NCBI GenBank assembly: GCA_002269645.1
Contig: NIVC01003611.1
Location: 1 to 64,000 of the forward strand
Length of the DNA: 64,000 nucleotides
Source of the DNA: Macrostomum lignano
Taxonomy: Eukaryota
Direction: 5' to 3'
A program made the translations under genes and the position numbers. Numbering within the stretch: position 1 is the stretch's first letter; each line of letters opens with the position of its first letter. This document shows, in pieces, positions 37,430 through 49,666 of the stretch. The notes under the pieces were generated by a model. It worked only from the letters and a program-made list of their open reading frames with translations. It ran no database searches and had not been told where the DNA came from.

Positions 37430-38350
37430 CTGACATTGTTTCAGGCTTTCAATGTGCTCCTGACTATGCGCCGATTTTGCTTTAAAATACATCTGATTGA
37501 GCAGCCCGCCGAAGTGGTTTGAGACGGCGCGCAACTGGTCGGACCGGTCAGCAACCGCCCTGGCGCACTGGCACAGCAGTCGGGACAGGTTCAATGCGCC
37601 AGTCAAGGATGGGGCTAGTGATGAGGCTAACGGAGGCTGCAATAGCGGACTGTCCTCTATGAATGAGCTGAGGCTGGCTCCGCCGAAGCTGCTTGAATTG
37701 TAAACGAGGCCGCTGCTACTAGAAGCAGTCGGGGAAGCAGAAGAGGAAGCAGCAACAGCAGCCGGAGTTGTTGCGCCACTAGTTGAGCTGGCGGCCAGCA
37801 GGAGGGCCCGGGTGGCCTCGGCCGGTCCGAGCAGCAGCGCCGAGCAGCCGCTTGGCGGCACTCCGGCGTCAAATTCGAACTTCTTTGTAGTGTCGAACGC
37901 GTTGCCGGCGGATCCGGGCAGCGGCTCGGCGCCCGGTTGCCCGGGAAACATTGGCAGCACGGTTGCTAGGGGCAGATGGGGACAATGGCGAACTCGCAGC
38001 CAGGCGGCCGACAGAGCCTCTAATCTGGCGGCCAGAGCGACGCTGTCCGAGTCGCCTGGACAGAGGCCGAGGCTGTCAATCAGTTGCGGGGCCAGTTCAA
38101 CCGGGGACGGAGGCGAACGGCGTTTGGCCCTATTAATAATTGGCCGCTGGCCCGGCGCCGGGCCCAGAGACAGCACGGCGGCTAAGAAGGCGTCGGAATT
38201 GGCGGCGGCCTTCGAAGCCGAAGCGGCCGCCGCGGCGGTGGCAACGAACGCGCAAGCCAGCAGGCAGAGCCTGGCGGCCAGCGAAGGCGTCAGCGAGCCG
38301 GGCCAAGGAGCGCGCAACGACGACGACAGTTGGTGCCGGCTTCGTCGCAT
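37430..38350 (-). CDS. NALF1: NALF/FAM155/Mid1-family gene, exon 1: N-terminal hydrophobic segment, RAKRR dibasic site, start of the cysteine-rich domain
   Basis: LRVRHCPHL...LLCQCARAVADRSDQLRAVSNHFGGLLNQMY...KQCQ|gtgagt. 921 nt, phase 0, joins IAYTDWLC as in the family C.|I.Y..WLC junction. Spliced CDS is 1464 nt = 487 aa. Confidence 0.82.
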
Positions 38351-40157
38351 GACACCGTCCGTCGACAGCCGCTGGGCGAGGGCGCCGCTTCGACCCGCTG
38401 CCGAGGCGGGCTCGCCGCGGAGGAGATAAAAAGAGAAGGAATTTAAACAGCAGCAGCAGTAGGGCTGCGGCTGCGGTGGTGCCTGCTGATGCTGGCCGGC
38501 TTGTCTAGCGCTACATTATTTAGCTGGCGCTGTTTAGCTAACTGCTGTGCCGCTGTTGCTGCAGCCCCTGACGCAGGCAGCTGCTGTGGTGGCAGGCGGC
38601 CGGCGGGGTGTAGCTGAAATGCCCAGACTGGAGTCATGTAGGCGGCTTCGGCCCAGCCTTAGGCCATATGCATTTTACATTGCCGACTGGGATTGTACTT
38701 GAACTCGTGCATGCAGCCAGGCTTTAGTGAAACAGAAAGAGAAACTGACAATTAACTCTGCTATACTATATAGGTATAATAAGGCCTGAAGTTCGAGGAG
38801 GCGCTACGCCAAGTCAAGCGCACGCTACCGACGCTTCTCAAAGAGGAGGCGGAGGATGAAAAAAGGGAGGGCGGGAAGGGGGAAGCGGGTTAGCGCTAAA
38901 CCCTCCGGGGCATTTCTCCCCCCCCCCCCCTGACACACACACACAGCTCTCTCGCCATCCCTTCTCACTGCAGCTTCCCTAGCCGCTCCTCTCTCCTCCA
39001 GTAGTTTTATTCTCTGCTCGCCCATCGTCCAGCCAATAGGAATCGGCTGGCACCACCAGCTCCAACCCCACTCCCCAGCACCCCCTCCCTTAGCCTCCAA
39101 AGCTGAGCTATCTGAGCTACGTCCGGCAAAAGCGCCGGCCTTCACTCTGCCTCAAGCCTGCTCAATACTAGCCTCACCCGCTCTCCGACTCCCACGGAGA
39201 GAGAAAAAAGTGCCTCTGCTAGGCTCGCCTTATCAAACGGGGTCCATCAAATTACATGCGAGACCACTGAATCGGTGGGTGTGCGTGCGTGTGTAGGCGA
39301 TCCGAGCCCCCCACGGCAGCCGCAAACAGTAGAGAAGACTAAGGAGCTCTCCTTGACTTAAGTTCCTTACTCTCTCCCCCATACCCACCGAGCTATCCAC
39401 GCATCTCCCTCCTCAGCCTTCTCATCGCTATATATTTTGCTCCATCTCTCTCCTTTCTTCTCCTGACGGCGTCGAGTTTGGTGTCAGGCGGAGGCTCTCC
39501 GCTTCCCTGACTCTCTTCTTCTTCCCAGGTTCCTCCTCGGCTTCACCTACCCCCCTCCATCCCTATCCGGATCTGCTATTCCTTTAGCCCATCCCAGGCG
39601 CATGCAGTTTCGCTTCCCGCTGACTTTCAGGCTGGGCCCATCCCACTCTCCTCTAACCTAAGCCAGCCCACCCTGCGGTTTGAAAAATGCCCCTACAACT
39701 ACAAGCTCCGCCTCTCTTAGCCAGGGGCCAGCCAACCACACTATGCCGCCATTCCGACCCCCCCCCCTGCACCATCATCCCCTAGAACATTTTCTCACAC
39801 ACACACTTCTCTTCCTAACCCCAACCCCCCTTGAGACCTCATTTGTCCCAGCAGCGAGGGGGGGGGCGGCTCCTAACCGCAGGACATGCCCTCTATGAGT
39901 AAGTAAATCCCGAGGCGAGCATGCAAAAAGCCTCGATCTGCATGCACGCTGCCGCCTCTCACTGAGGTTCTGTATTTTTCGTAATTAATTGATGCAGATA
40001 AAAAAACTGATTCATCGTTCTCGTACACAAAAAACTTATTAACCGCAGTCTGCAGAGGCAGGCAGCACTGCACGAATTAGACTAGTATAAAAAATCCGAG
40101 CTTAAAACTGCTCAAAAAGTACCTTTTCTGGTCACTATGGATTCCTGCGCACCGCAG

Positions 40158-40385
40158 CAACTGAGGATCTGGGAGGCTGGCCCAGCAGCTGAGGATCTGG
40201 GAGGCTGGCCCAGCAGCTGAGGATCTGGGAGGCTGGCCCAGCAGCTGAGGATCTGGGAGGCTGGCCCAGCAGCTGAGGATTTAGGAGGCTGGCCCAGCAG
40301 CTGAGGATCTGGGAGGCTGGCCCAGCAGCTGAGGATCTGGGAGGCTGGCCCAGCAGCTGAGGATTTAGGAGGCTGGCCTAGCAAC
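40158..40385. repeat. 28-bp minisatellite (GCTGAGGATCTGGGAGGCTGGCCCAGCA)n marking the left edge of the AT-rich domain
   Basis: About 8 units, 28-nt period. Confidence 0.95.
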
Positions 40386-41002
40386 TATTCTATATTATAA
40401 AATATAATGCTTTTAAAATTTTAATAAAAAGCATAAAGTTTGTAGCATACTAAAATAAATTAGAAATTTATTTAAAACTATAAACTTAGTCAATTTTAGA
40501 AGTCAATAATATATATATTTTTAGGAATATATATATATATATATAGAAAGTAAACATCATAAAAACTATTAAATTAAATAATAAATGCTATAAATATGCA
40601 TTGAAAAGATAACAATTAGTCTTACTTTACAATGAAAAGTATTTTAGATGAATAAAAATCACATTTAAAAGCTTTAAACTAGTTTCTACATAGCCTATCA
40701 TAAGCTATAGAATGCCATAGGATGAAAAAATATAGTTACTTTTTAGCTCATAATTCTATGCTTTCTATGATTTTTCAAGTAAAATAAATAAAATGTAAAA
40801 AGTTTAATGGATAAGAATTTAAACAGAATTTCCTTAATTAAATGAGTTTAATTATCAGTTTTGGATAGGAAAGAATAATAACAAGACATTTATAATAAGC
40901 CAACAAATGATATAGTTTTGTTAGTTTGAAACCTATAAAATAAGGTGTCATTATATTATATTTATACACTGTTTCCTATAAAATTGTTTAGTTTAATAGG
41001 GT

Positions 41003-41156
41003 TACAGCTTAATAGTTAGAGTCTAAGACTTATAATCAAAAGATTTGGCATTAGACCCACTATGAACAATGTATGTCCTTGAGCAAGACAATTAACTTTA
41101 TAAAGCTTTTGTCTACCTAACTGTAAAATGGTTACGAGCATTAGCTAGGATAATTT
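41003..41156 (+). mobile_element. Heavily C>T/G>A-mutated 5' fragment of the same CORE-like SINE family
   Basis: TGTCCTTGAGCAAGACA, CTGTAAAATGG and AGCATTAGCT align colinearly with the copies at 4574-4864 and 62878-63170. Confidence 0.75.
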
Positions 41157-44100
41157 AGACTATATGATATCTAATTATCTAATATCCATCGTCTATACTC
41201 AGGAAAGTGCATATAGAAAATTCTAGTATACAAAAAAATATATGCAAATTGATGCAAACACTGCAAAGCATAAGCCCAATAGAAATTTTAGCATATTGTG
41301 GTATATAGGCCTAGCAAAAGTTGATCAGAAAAATCTTATAATGGTGTATCCAAAATATGTTATCTATGTATATGAAGTTGCCTTCTTTAGACATGATTCT
41401 AAAATAAGGATTATTATAAATAAAAAAGTAATAATTTATATAGGTAAATATAATAAATATTAAAATTCAAAATTGCATTTATTAGAAAGTTTGAGCTGAT
41501 ACCAATTTTATGATTTTGAATATGATTTGAACTAAAATTTTAAGTTTAAAATTATATATACCCAACTACATTGTCTAAAGCTTGGGACTTATTAGTGACA
41601 GATCTGAGGATAATTTTGTCATGGCTAGACTTGCATATAAGGTAGGAATATTATAATTTTAGGCCTATTTTGGGCCAACCAAAAAAGTTAAGCCAATTTG
41701 CTTACTACTTTAAAAATCCTTTATTTACCACTGGGACATATTTGTATATTAAGTAAAGTTGCTCACTTAGCAAGTAAAAATAGAAAGCCAAAAATCAACA
41801 TATTGATTGTTATGATACATTTTATATGTCAAGGTGCATTATTTGTCAGGTATATTGTTTAAAATAAGAGAAAGCAATAAATAAAGCAAACTTATACTTA
41901 TTTGTCAATGTAACTAATGTGACAAAATTTAAATAAAAGAACATTTAAACATTTTAGCAAACTTTTGAAATTTTAGGCTTTATATCACTTAAGATTGGCA
42001 AGATAATTTTCTATTTCATACCACAATGGCTGGCACCAAAGGGTATTTTTCCTATTATCAAAATTACATTTGTTAGTTATCAAAACAATTAACATTGAAA
42101 TGGCTCATTATTTAAATAATTATAATCTATGCACTTAGCATATAATTAGGCCCATATCAGATAGTGAGATCCCTATTGCACAATGTATTAATGAATATAT
42201 TAAAAAAAGATTTTTTGTTTATCTTGTTTATATCCTAAATGTTAAATTTTGTAAATATTATATTTTATAGCTTTATGGGTTAGTATGGCATAGAAATAGT
42301 GCTAGAGCACATGAAGCATATAGCCGCCATAGTCAGGAAGATGTCTTGTATGTCAGAATTTTCTGGTGTGCATTAGCACTTCATAGTTCATTGGCATGCA
42401 TATTTGGCATGCTTGAATCTTAAAAAGTTATATTTTGCAAACAAAAAGTTATATACAAAGCTATTTGAATGTAGGTTCAAGTATCTTCCAGTTTCTATAA
42501 CAAAAGCCATCAAAAGGTAAAATATTTCAAAGAAAAAAGTAAGTGGTTAAAAAGTGATAGGTGCAGATATTAATTAAATGTGATAGCATTCTTTCAGTTT
42601 ATAAGTACATTATAAGAATGTATCATGTCTATTATTCCTTTATAACAACTTGCAATCACACAAAGTTTTAGTATCTAAATTCTATAAAATAGCAATTCTA
42701 TATTGCAGAAAACCTTCTATTTTGCCAGTTTCAATTTATGATCACCTTATATTTTGCTCATTGCAGTGCAAAAATGGTATGTTCAAAACTAAAAAAACTA
42801 AAAATACACAAAATAGAAAGTGCAGTTTGTTAAATGATACTTATATATTAGTTTTGGTATACGATCAATTGAATGTGTAATGCATATAGAAATAATTATA
42901 AACCAAAGCTGGGTTAAAATTAATATTATATGTAATGCACATGCACTTAGGGTTAAGGTAATATTGCCAGCTTTGGTTTGCAATCATTTCAGTGGAATGC
43001 ATGTGTAGAAATGATTGTAAACCAAAGGTGAAAAAGAGCAAAGGTGAGGGAGGATTTCAATGCCTTTGATCTGGAATGAATAGCAATTTTCTGCATGTGA
43101 CTATTTATCATATTTGACATGCTTTCCTATAGCCAGCTTTGGTTTACAATCATTTTAATGGGAAAGATATATTTGGGTGATCATAAACTGAATGTGATAT
43201 ATAAGCTACTAGCTCAAACTTGCTACTTGACACATGGGACTACTAGACACCCTTTCCTACAGCCAGCTTTGGTTCACAATCATTTTAATGGGAAACGTAC
43301 ATTTGGATGATTGTAAACTAAAGGTGATATATAAGCTAGAATAACCTTACCATCCTTTGAAATTAACAGAGTTAGTTTGCCAACTTTTTATTTCTTTTCA
43401 TTTGAAACCATTGTTGGTTTTTGTCTATTTTAAGTGGGTGATTGTCACTGTTTGAGGTGATTGTAAACCAAACGAATGCAAATGTGATAGTGCTATTTTA
43501 TTAGACATGATAAATTTTTATAATGACTTACAAATGTCAAATGTTACAATCAAAAAAGGTCCTTTATTGTTGCAACATAATTTATTTTATTGTTGTAGCA
43601 AAAGTAAGGTAAAAGTAAGGTCACAATTTTGAAGCTTTGATATACCAATTTTTTGCATACTTGGTATACACTTAACTAAAATTTTGCCCAAAAACTGGCA
43701 TATACTAGACTCTAGATACTTTCCTGACAATGGCATATATTATAAGTTAATATATAGAGATTATCTTCTATAAATATATTCTAGTACATGCTTTGTCATC
43801 TACCTACTATTATAATAAATAACTGTGGTTTCCAATTCATTTGCCTACTAACAGTTTGTTTGTTAAATAGATAAAAAGCCTTTTTTTACTTTTTGTCTAT
43901 TAGAAGATAGGAGTAAGGAGCCATTGTATCCTTGTTAGTATTATTAAAATGCTATAGATTAAATCATTTTAACAAACTATTTTAAAATATTATATATAAA
44001 ACTTACAGAAAGAATAATACTAATAGACTTGACTAGCAATCTACACCCCCATTTAAACCCTAAATTTAATATTTTGTCCATGAGTTTTTGCATGACACTT

Positions 44101-44534
44101 CCATGATAAATATTTTTAATAAGCTACATGAGCTAAGTTATAAGCTACTCTAAACCAATGGAACCAAAACTTTTGAAAAATTTATAAAGATAAAAATATC
44201 AATAAATTGCTTTCTTATTCAACAATTTATAGATGCAAGATGTATAATTTCAAATCAAACATTGCATACAATGTCTCCTTTCTCTAAATCCTTTTCAAAT
44301 GCCAATAATAATACTATGCATAAATGGCAAATATACATAAACTGCAAATAAAGTGTAAATCATTCTATTTAAAGAAATCAACCCTTGTAACATTTAAACA
44401 ATATCAACAGATTGTTGGGCAGCTACCACCTTACCCTACATTTTTGGTATCTAGTCAATCCAGTGACAAGACAATCTAGCAACAGTCAAATGGCAATAGT
44501 CAATCCGGGAACAATTTGTAATAAAAAGCTATTA

Positions 44535-44798
44535 GGGCCTTTTTATATTACCAATTCCAGAACCAGAATCAGTTTGGAATTCCAAGAAAAATAGCAGTAT
44601 AACGATTAAACTCTGTTAATATTTGACTGCTTTAACAACCTAACTTAGCACAATTTTTCATTTTTTTCTTGGTGATTGTCATTTAATAATAAAAACTTTA
44701 TAGCACACACACACTCTCTCTCTAGTTATAGAGACAAAAAGTATACTTCACAAATTGGCTCTGGTTCTGGAATCAAAGCAAGCAATATGAAAAGGCCC
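44535..44798. mobile_element. 264-bp MITE, Tourist/PIF-Harbinger-like (15-bp TIR GGGCCTTTT(T/C)ATATT, TTA target duplication)
   Basis: TTA|GGGCCTTTTTATATT...AATATGAAAAGGCCC|TTA. Confidence 0.7.
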
Positions 44799-45007
44799 TT
44801 ATATGTAAACCAGCTATTATTATTTAAACAGATTAGAGAGAGCTTTCATTGTAATAATTATTATATTAATTGTTTATTGCCATTATTATTATGTATTTTT
44901 TATTAGAATGTATGCAAAAAGTTCCAAGAATTGGAATTTAGCAAGTTCAAAATGTGCAGATTTCAATCAACTAGGTCTGGTCTATCAATAGCTTATTTGC
45001 TTATAAT

Positions 45008-45270
45008 GGGCCTTTTTATATTGCTTGTTCTGGTTCTAGAACCAAAACCAATTTGTGAAATATAACCTTTTGTCTCCATAACTAAAGGGAGATACCTGCT
45101 ATAAAGTTTTTATTATTGAATGACAATCGCCAAGAAGAGAGTGAAAAATTGTACAAAGTAGGGCTGTTAAGGCAGTCAAACATTCAACAGAATTAAATAG
45201 TTATACTGCTGTTTTTCTTGGAAGATCTAAAACCAAGTCTGATTCTGGAATTGGTAATATGAAAAGCCTC
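45008..45270. mobile_element. Second, inverted copy of the same MITE
   Basis: The reverse complement of 44535-44798 aligns along its full length (roughly 80% identity by eye). Confidence 0.7.
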
Positions 45271-46230
45271 AATGATAATATATGTATATATATGTATATA
45301 TTGATTAAAAAATAGGAAACCAAACTAAAATTATACATTCTTTATTTTCATTAAAGGCCACATGTGCACTAGTTTTTCATCTATAGATACATTATTATAT
45401 TAAAATGCATTTGATGTGACAGCCTAAACTATGAAAAGTATGGACATAATGTATTAGTATCATTTTTATTAGAGAAGATACTGGGTGTCCTAAAGTTAAT
45501 TATCTACATGTAAAATTAAAAAATAGAGTTCATATAAAGTTTTGGTTATATTTATCATGTGTAAAATCTATAATACAAAATATGTTGCCATATTTTCTGT
45601 CACCAATTTGATTGTTGCTGGATCATCTTGTTACTAGTTGGTCTGGAAGCCACATTTTCACCCTTATTTCCTAGCAGATAAACAGTTTTAGAAAGAAAAA
45701 AAACTGTTCATTTGTTTAGCACAGCATACACTACATACTATATCATACAAACTGTCAGTGGACAAAATGACTATCACTGGCACACATATAATTGTTATCA
45801 ATTGCTAATAAATTTGTCAATACCAACTAATTCTAATTTTAATTTTATTTACACTCATTTGAAAGTGTAAATAGGTTATTCATTTTCTTAAGACAAAGCA
45901 TTTTTGGGCATTTTGCTATTGATCAAACTATATGAGTATGAATTACCTAGTTTAGTTAGTTACTAGGCTATGGGGATATCATAGGCTATGGGGATATCAT
46001 AGCTATGCCCTAGCCTAGTAACTAATTTTAATATAAAACCAAAACGAATAAATATAAAAGGTTATAATGATATCAAAATTCTAAATATCAGTAATAGAAG
46101 TAACTTATCAATAAATAAAAGAAAAATTTTTATTATTTAAATTCTTATTTAAACTATTTTTTTTAGTAGTACTAAGTTTGGCTCAGGCAAGAAGCCTGTT
46201 TGGCTAGTATATGTCAGTGATTAATAAATA

Positions 46231-46575
46231 ATGAGCTACTCATCATTGAGCAAGGCTCAGCTTAGCTTTGAGTATTTGCATACAAATTCGTAAGTTTTCT
46301 TTGTTTTACATTTCTATAAACAATTAAGGCTTTAAATGTAATTTAATTTAAGGCAGGTCTGTTTTAAACTGTTTATACAACTATTGAATTTTAGAACTAC
46401 TCATGAGTTTCTTTTTGGTGCCATTGCTGAGCTAATTGACAATGCCAGGTGAGTGTATTGGCTTCTGCCTTATCTTCATTGAAGTTCCTATCTTGATAAA
46501 TAATTTCAATGTATTGTTTAATCACATATTTCTTTTGTAGAGATGCTCATGCAACTGAGTTGGACATCTTTACAG
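46231..46575 (+). pseudogene. Duplicate of MORC exons 1-3 (46231-46289, 46395-46448, 46541-46575); orphan fragment or alternative 5' cassette
   Basis: Exons are identical to 51168-51512 and all splice sites are intact. The ~460-nt block lies between 97-bp direct repeats (46122-46218, 46691-46787). Confidence 0.75.
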
Positions 46576-46799
46576 GTTTGTGCCTTTCTGTTCAATACTT
46601 CTTTTTCTTACATCGCATCATTACTCCATATTAAGCAAGGAATTTTTAGGCCTTTTTGACAGCTTATGCTTATAGTTTCTTATGACATGAAAAATTTTTA
46701 TTATTTAAATTCTTATTTAAACTATTTTTTTTAGTAGTACTAAGTTTGGCTCAGGCAAGAAGCCTGTTTGGCCAGTATATGTCAGTGTATTTAATATTA

Positions 46800-47720
46800 A
46801 TATTATTTCGATAGAATGGGATCTGTGCGGCGAGTTTTACAATAATATAGTATTTGAAAGGGCGCCAATTTTTTTTTCTACGAAACTTCAAAAATCTTTA
46901 ACGGCAAACAAAGCAAAAAGTATTTAAGTAAGGAATTAAAAGACAAGTATGGTGTCACTTGAATTCGTAGGTGATAAAAATAAGTTTATATGTATTAATC
47001 AGACAAAAAATCAGATGAAAGGATTGCTGGCAATTATTAGGCATTATTTAAATTATTTAAAATTATTATTAAAAATTATTTAAACTATTTAAAAAATTAT
47101 TTAAATTCTTATTAAAATTATTAGATAAATAATATCAATAAAATAAAACTAGGGCCTATTTTTATTGAATGAATGAAGGGGATTCATAAAACTCTATATA
47201 TTCTAAGTAATTCTAATTTCTAAGTTCTATATTCTAAGAAAGTTTTGCATTTGAAACAAGTGAAAATACGCTAGAATCAATAGTTGTGTTAATAAATGTA
47301 AAAAAGCATTGCATATAACGATTTTCATGTTATATCTAATTTACCAAAAGTTTAGTAAGATGTTAATAAAAATTTGGTTTAGTGGTTAAAAAAATCAAAT
47401 CGGAGTTATTAATTATTAAACCAATGTACGCTGCTTATAAATTACAGATTTCGTGGTTTTTTAGTTTTAAGTTATCAGTCAAATAATCAGGCATTATATG
47501 TCATTTGCCAAGGCCCAGTGATTAGTGAATGAAGTTTAAAGAATTTTTTATTATATAAGACTGCTAATGATAAATAAGAAAAAAATAGCTCAAATCTTTA
47601 AGCATGGGTTTCGCGGCAGATAATCATAAATCAAGTCCTGTCATGTCCATTCAGTGATTCAGAATGATCGTTTGCGTATTGACGTATTGCATCCTTTAGG
47701 CCTATCAGTCGGGAAAACCA
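46800..47720. promoter_or_regulatory. CpG-retaining window, candidate MORC promoter with E2F-type and CHR-type motifs
   Basis: About 18 CG in ~0.9 kb against near-absence on both sides. TTTGAAA (46853-46859) abuts GGGCGCCAA (46860-46868); TTTCGCGG lies at 47609-47616. Confidence 0.45.
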
Positions 47721-48387
47721 CATATCAAACCTAGATGTATTCAAATGCATGGAATTTATGCAACAGTCAATTGTGCTTAGTTCTTGTTTTTCTCTTGCTG
47801 GTTTTAGTTGGTCAGAAGACTCAAGTAATTTTTTATAAGTAAATAACTTTGCATCTTGTCTATTGTATCTATGTTGTATTATATTATCTATACAATTTAT
47901 AATTGTATTGTAATTGTAATCTTCTCTATAACTCTATATACATACCTACAAACTAGGCCTATAGTTCATTAAAAAACCTAATCTTAATTCCCAAATCCCA
48001 ATCAATAAGGCATTTTATTTCATATCTAGTCTAATGCCAAACTGATTTGATTTTTTTCAAAGCATAGGTAATTGAATTTTTTAATAATTAGATAGACCAA
48101 GTAATGTGTATTCGTAAGTTGGCTTGTTCCATCTAATTGTATATTTGTGTTAACAATCCATATCACCAAGTACCATTGATGGCCCCCACTTTAAAAGAGA
48201 AGCATGGCCTATATTATAGGATATTTAATCATTATTCTTACTCAATACTAGGCCTAATTGGATTCTTATTTTTTAAATTCTTTTTTTGTATATTATAGGG
48301 AGATTTGTTTAATCATTTGTTAGGCTTATAATCAATTAATTAGGCCTACAAATCTATAATCAATTTTAGATCTTTCATTTGACCTAA

Positions 48388-48604
48388 TCTATATAACTAA
48401 AGTTGACTATGTCTATTTGTTTGTTTGTTTGTTTGTAAAGTTCACATTTTAGAATGAACCACAAGACCAATCTTCACAGGACTTGCACTGTTAGCTTGCA
48501 AATTTTCTGGCGGTGATGTGGAAGATTTTGCTAGAATTTCTGATAATGCCAAGGATGTTTAATTAGCAAAAAACTACTTTTTGCCACGGAATTTCCGTGG
48601 TCAG
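48388..48604 (+). mobile_element. Short non-autonomous Helitron-like element
   Basis: Starts A|TCTATATAAC, contains a (TTTG)n tract, has a perfect 3' palindrome CCACGGAA-T-TTCCGTGG and ends TCAG|T (imperfect CTRR). Confidence 0.45.
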
Positions 48605-49359
48605 TTGAAAAAAAGGCTTCTTGACTGCCAATTTGGCTGACTTGATTGAGGTTGCATTAGCAATCTGGCCTATCTCTCAAGTGTATTTTATTTAGCTAGG
48701 CTGATTTGTGTGCAGAAAGGAATGGGGGTTCATTGGCTCACTTGGTAATGTGCAAAGGCATGTGTATCCCTGGCTGCAGGGCAGTATCAAAATTTAGCTT
48801 TGGCAATGGTTGGGAAGAGAAATTCAATGATTTATTTTGCAGGCCTTCAAGTGTAGCTGTGATTTTCATTTGTTGATTGTGCTTTGAGTTTTTTAGATTG
48901 AAGTGAGATTATTATATTGCCTGAAAGAGCTTGAAATGATGAACATAAGGATATAATTTTATTGCTTCAAATCTGAAAATCAGAAGCACAGCACTAAAAA
49001 GAAGATTGGCTTGAACAATGTACTGTGTATATTGTTGGCTGGGGGCCAATTGAAAATGGACAGCTGTGTACACTGTTGGGGCAGGGAAAGAGAGTTGAAC
49101 TCAAATGCAATTATCAATTGCAAGGCCTCTGGGTTTGGGGACTCAAATTTGTACACACAAAATATTTTGTATATTTCTCTTAATAAGGTGGGAACTGGGC
49201 ACAACAGGAGTTCTTGACCAATGATTTAATTTGGTCAAGGTGCCATGAATGATTATTCAATCAGAACTTTAACAAGCTGCTTTTCATCCAAACTACTATT
49301 TAGTTCATATGACTGTCTATGAAACTTATAAACTGTTCAAAGTTGGTTTTCACTATTGA

Positions 49360-49630
49360 AAATTGGTTTTCACAATTCAAAGTGCATTTTGGAGCATCAA
49401 CGTTTTGACTATTTGAAGTTGGTTTTGACTATTCAAAGTTGGTTTTGACTATTTGAAGTTGGTTTTTGACTATTTGATGTTGGTTTTCACTATTTGAAGT
49501 GTGTTTTGAAGCATAAGAAGTTGGTTTTGACTATTCAAAGTTGTTTTTTTGACTATTTGAAGTCAGTTTTGACTATTCGGAGCATTCAAAGTCAGTTTTA
49601 ACTATTCAAAGTTTGTTTTGGCCATTTGAA
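49360..49630. repeat. ~21-bp degenerate tandem repeat (TTTTGACTATT(CA/TG/CG)AAGTTGG)n
   Basis: Directly visible. Confidence 0.8.
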
Positions 49631-49666
49631 GTTCACTCATTGGTGTCGTTGTGTGCTGCTTCTTAC

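Noticed and set aside
42971-43027. miR-9 identity of the hairpin (CTTTGGT seed)
   Set aside because: Only the 7-8-nt seed-like start matches; the rest of both arms does not resemble miR-9/miR-79.
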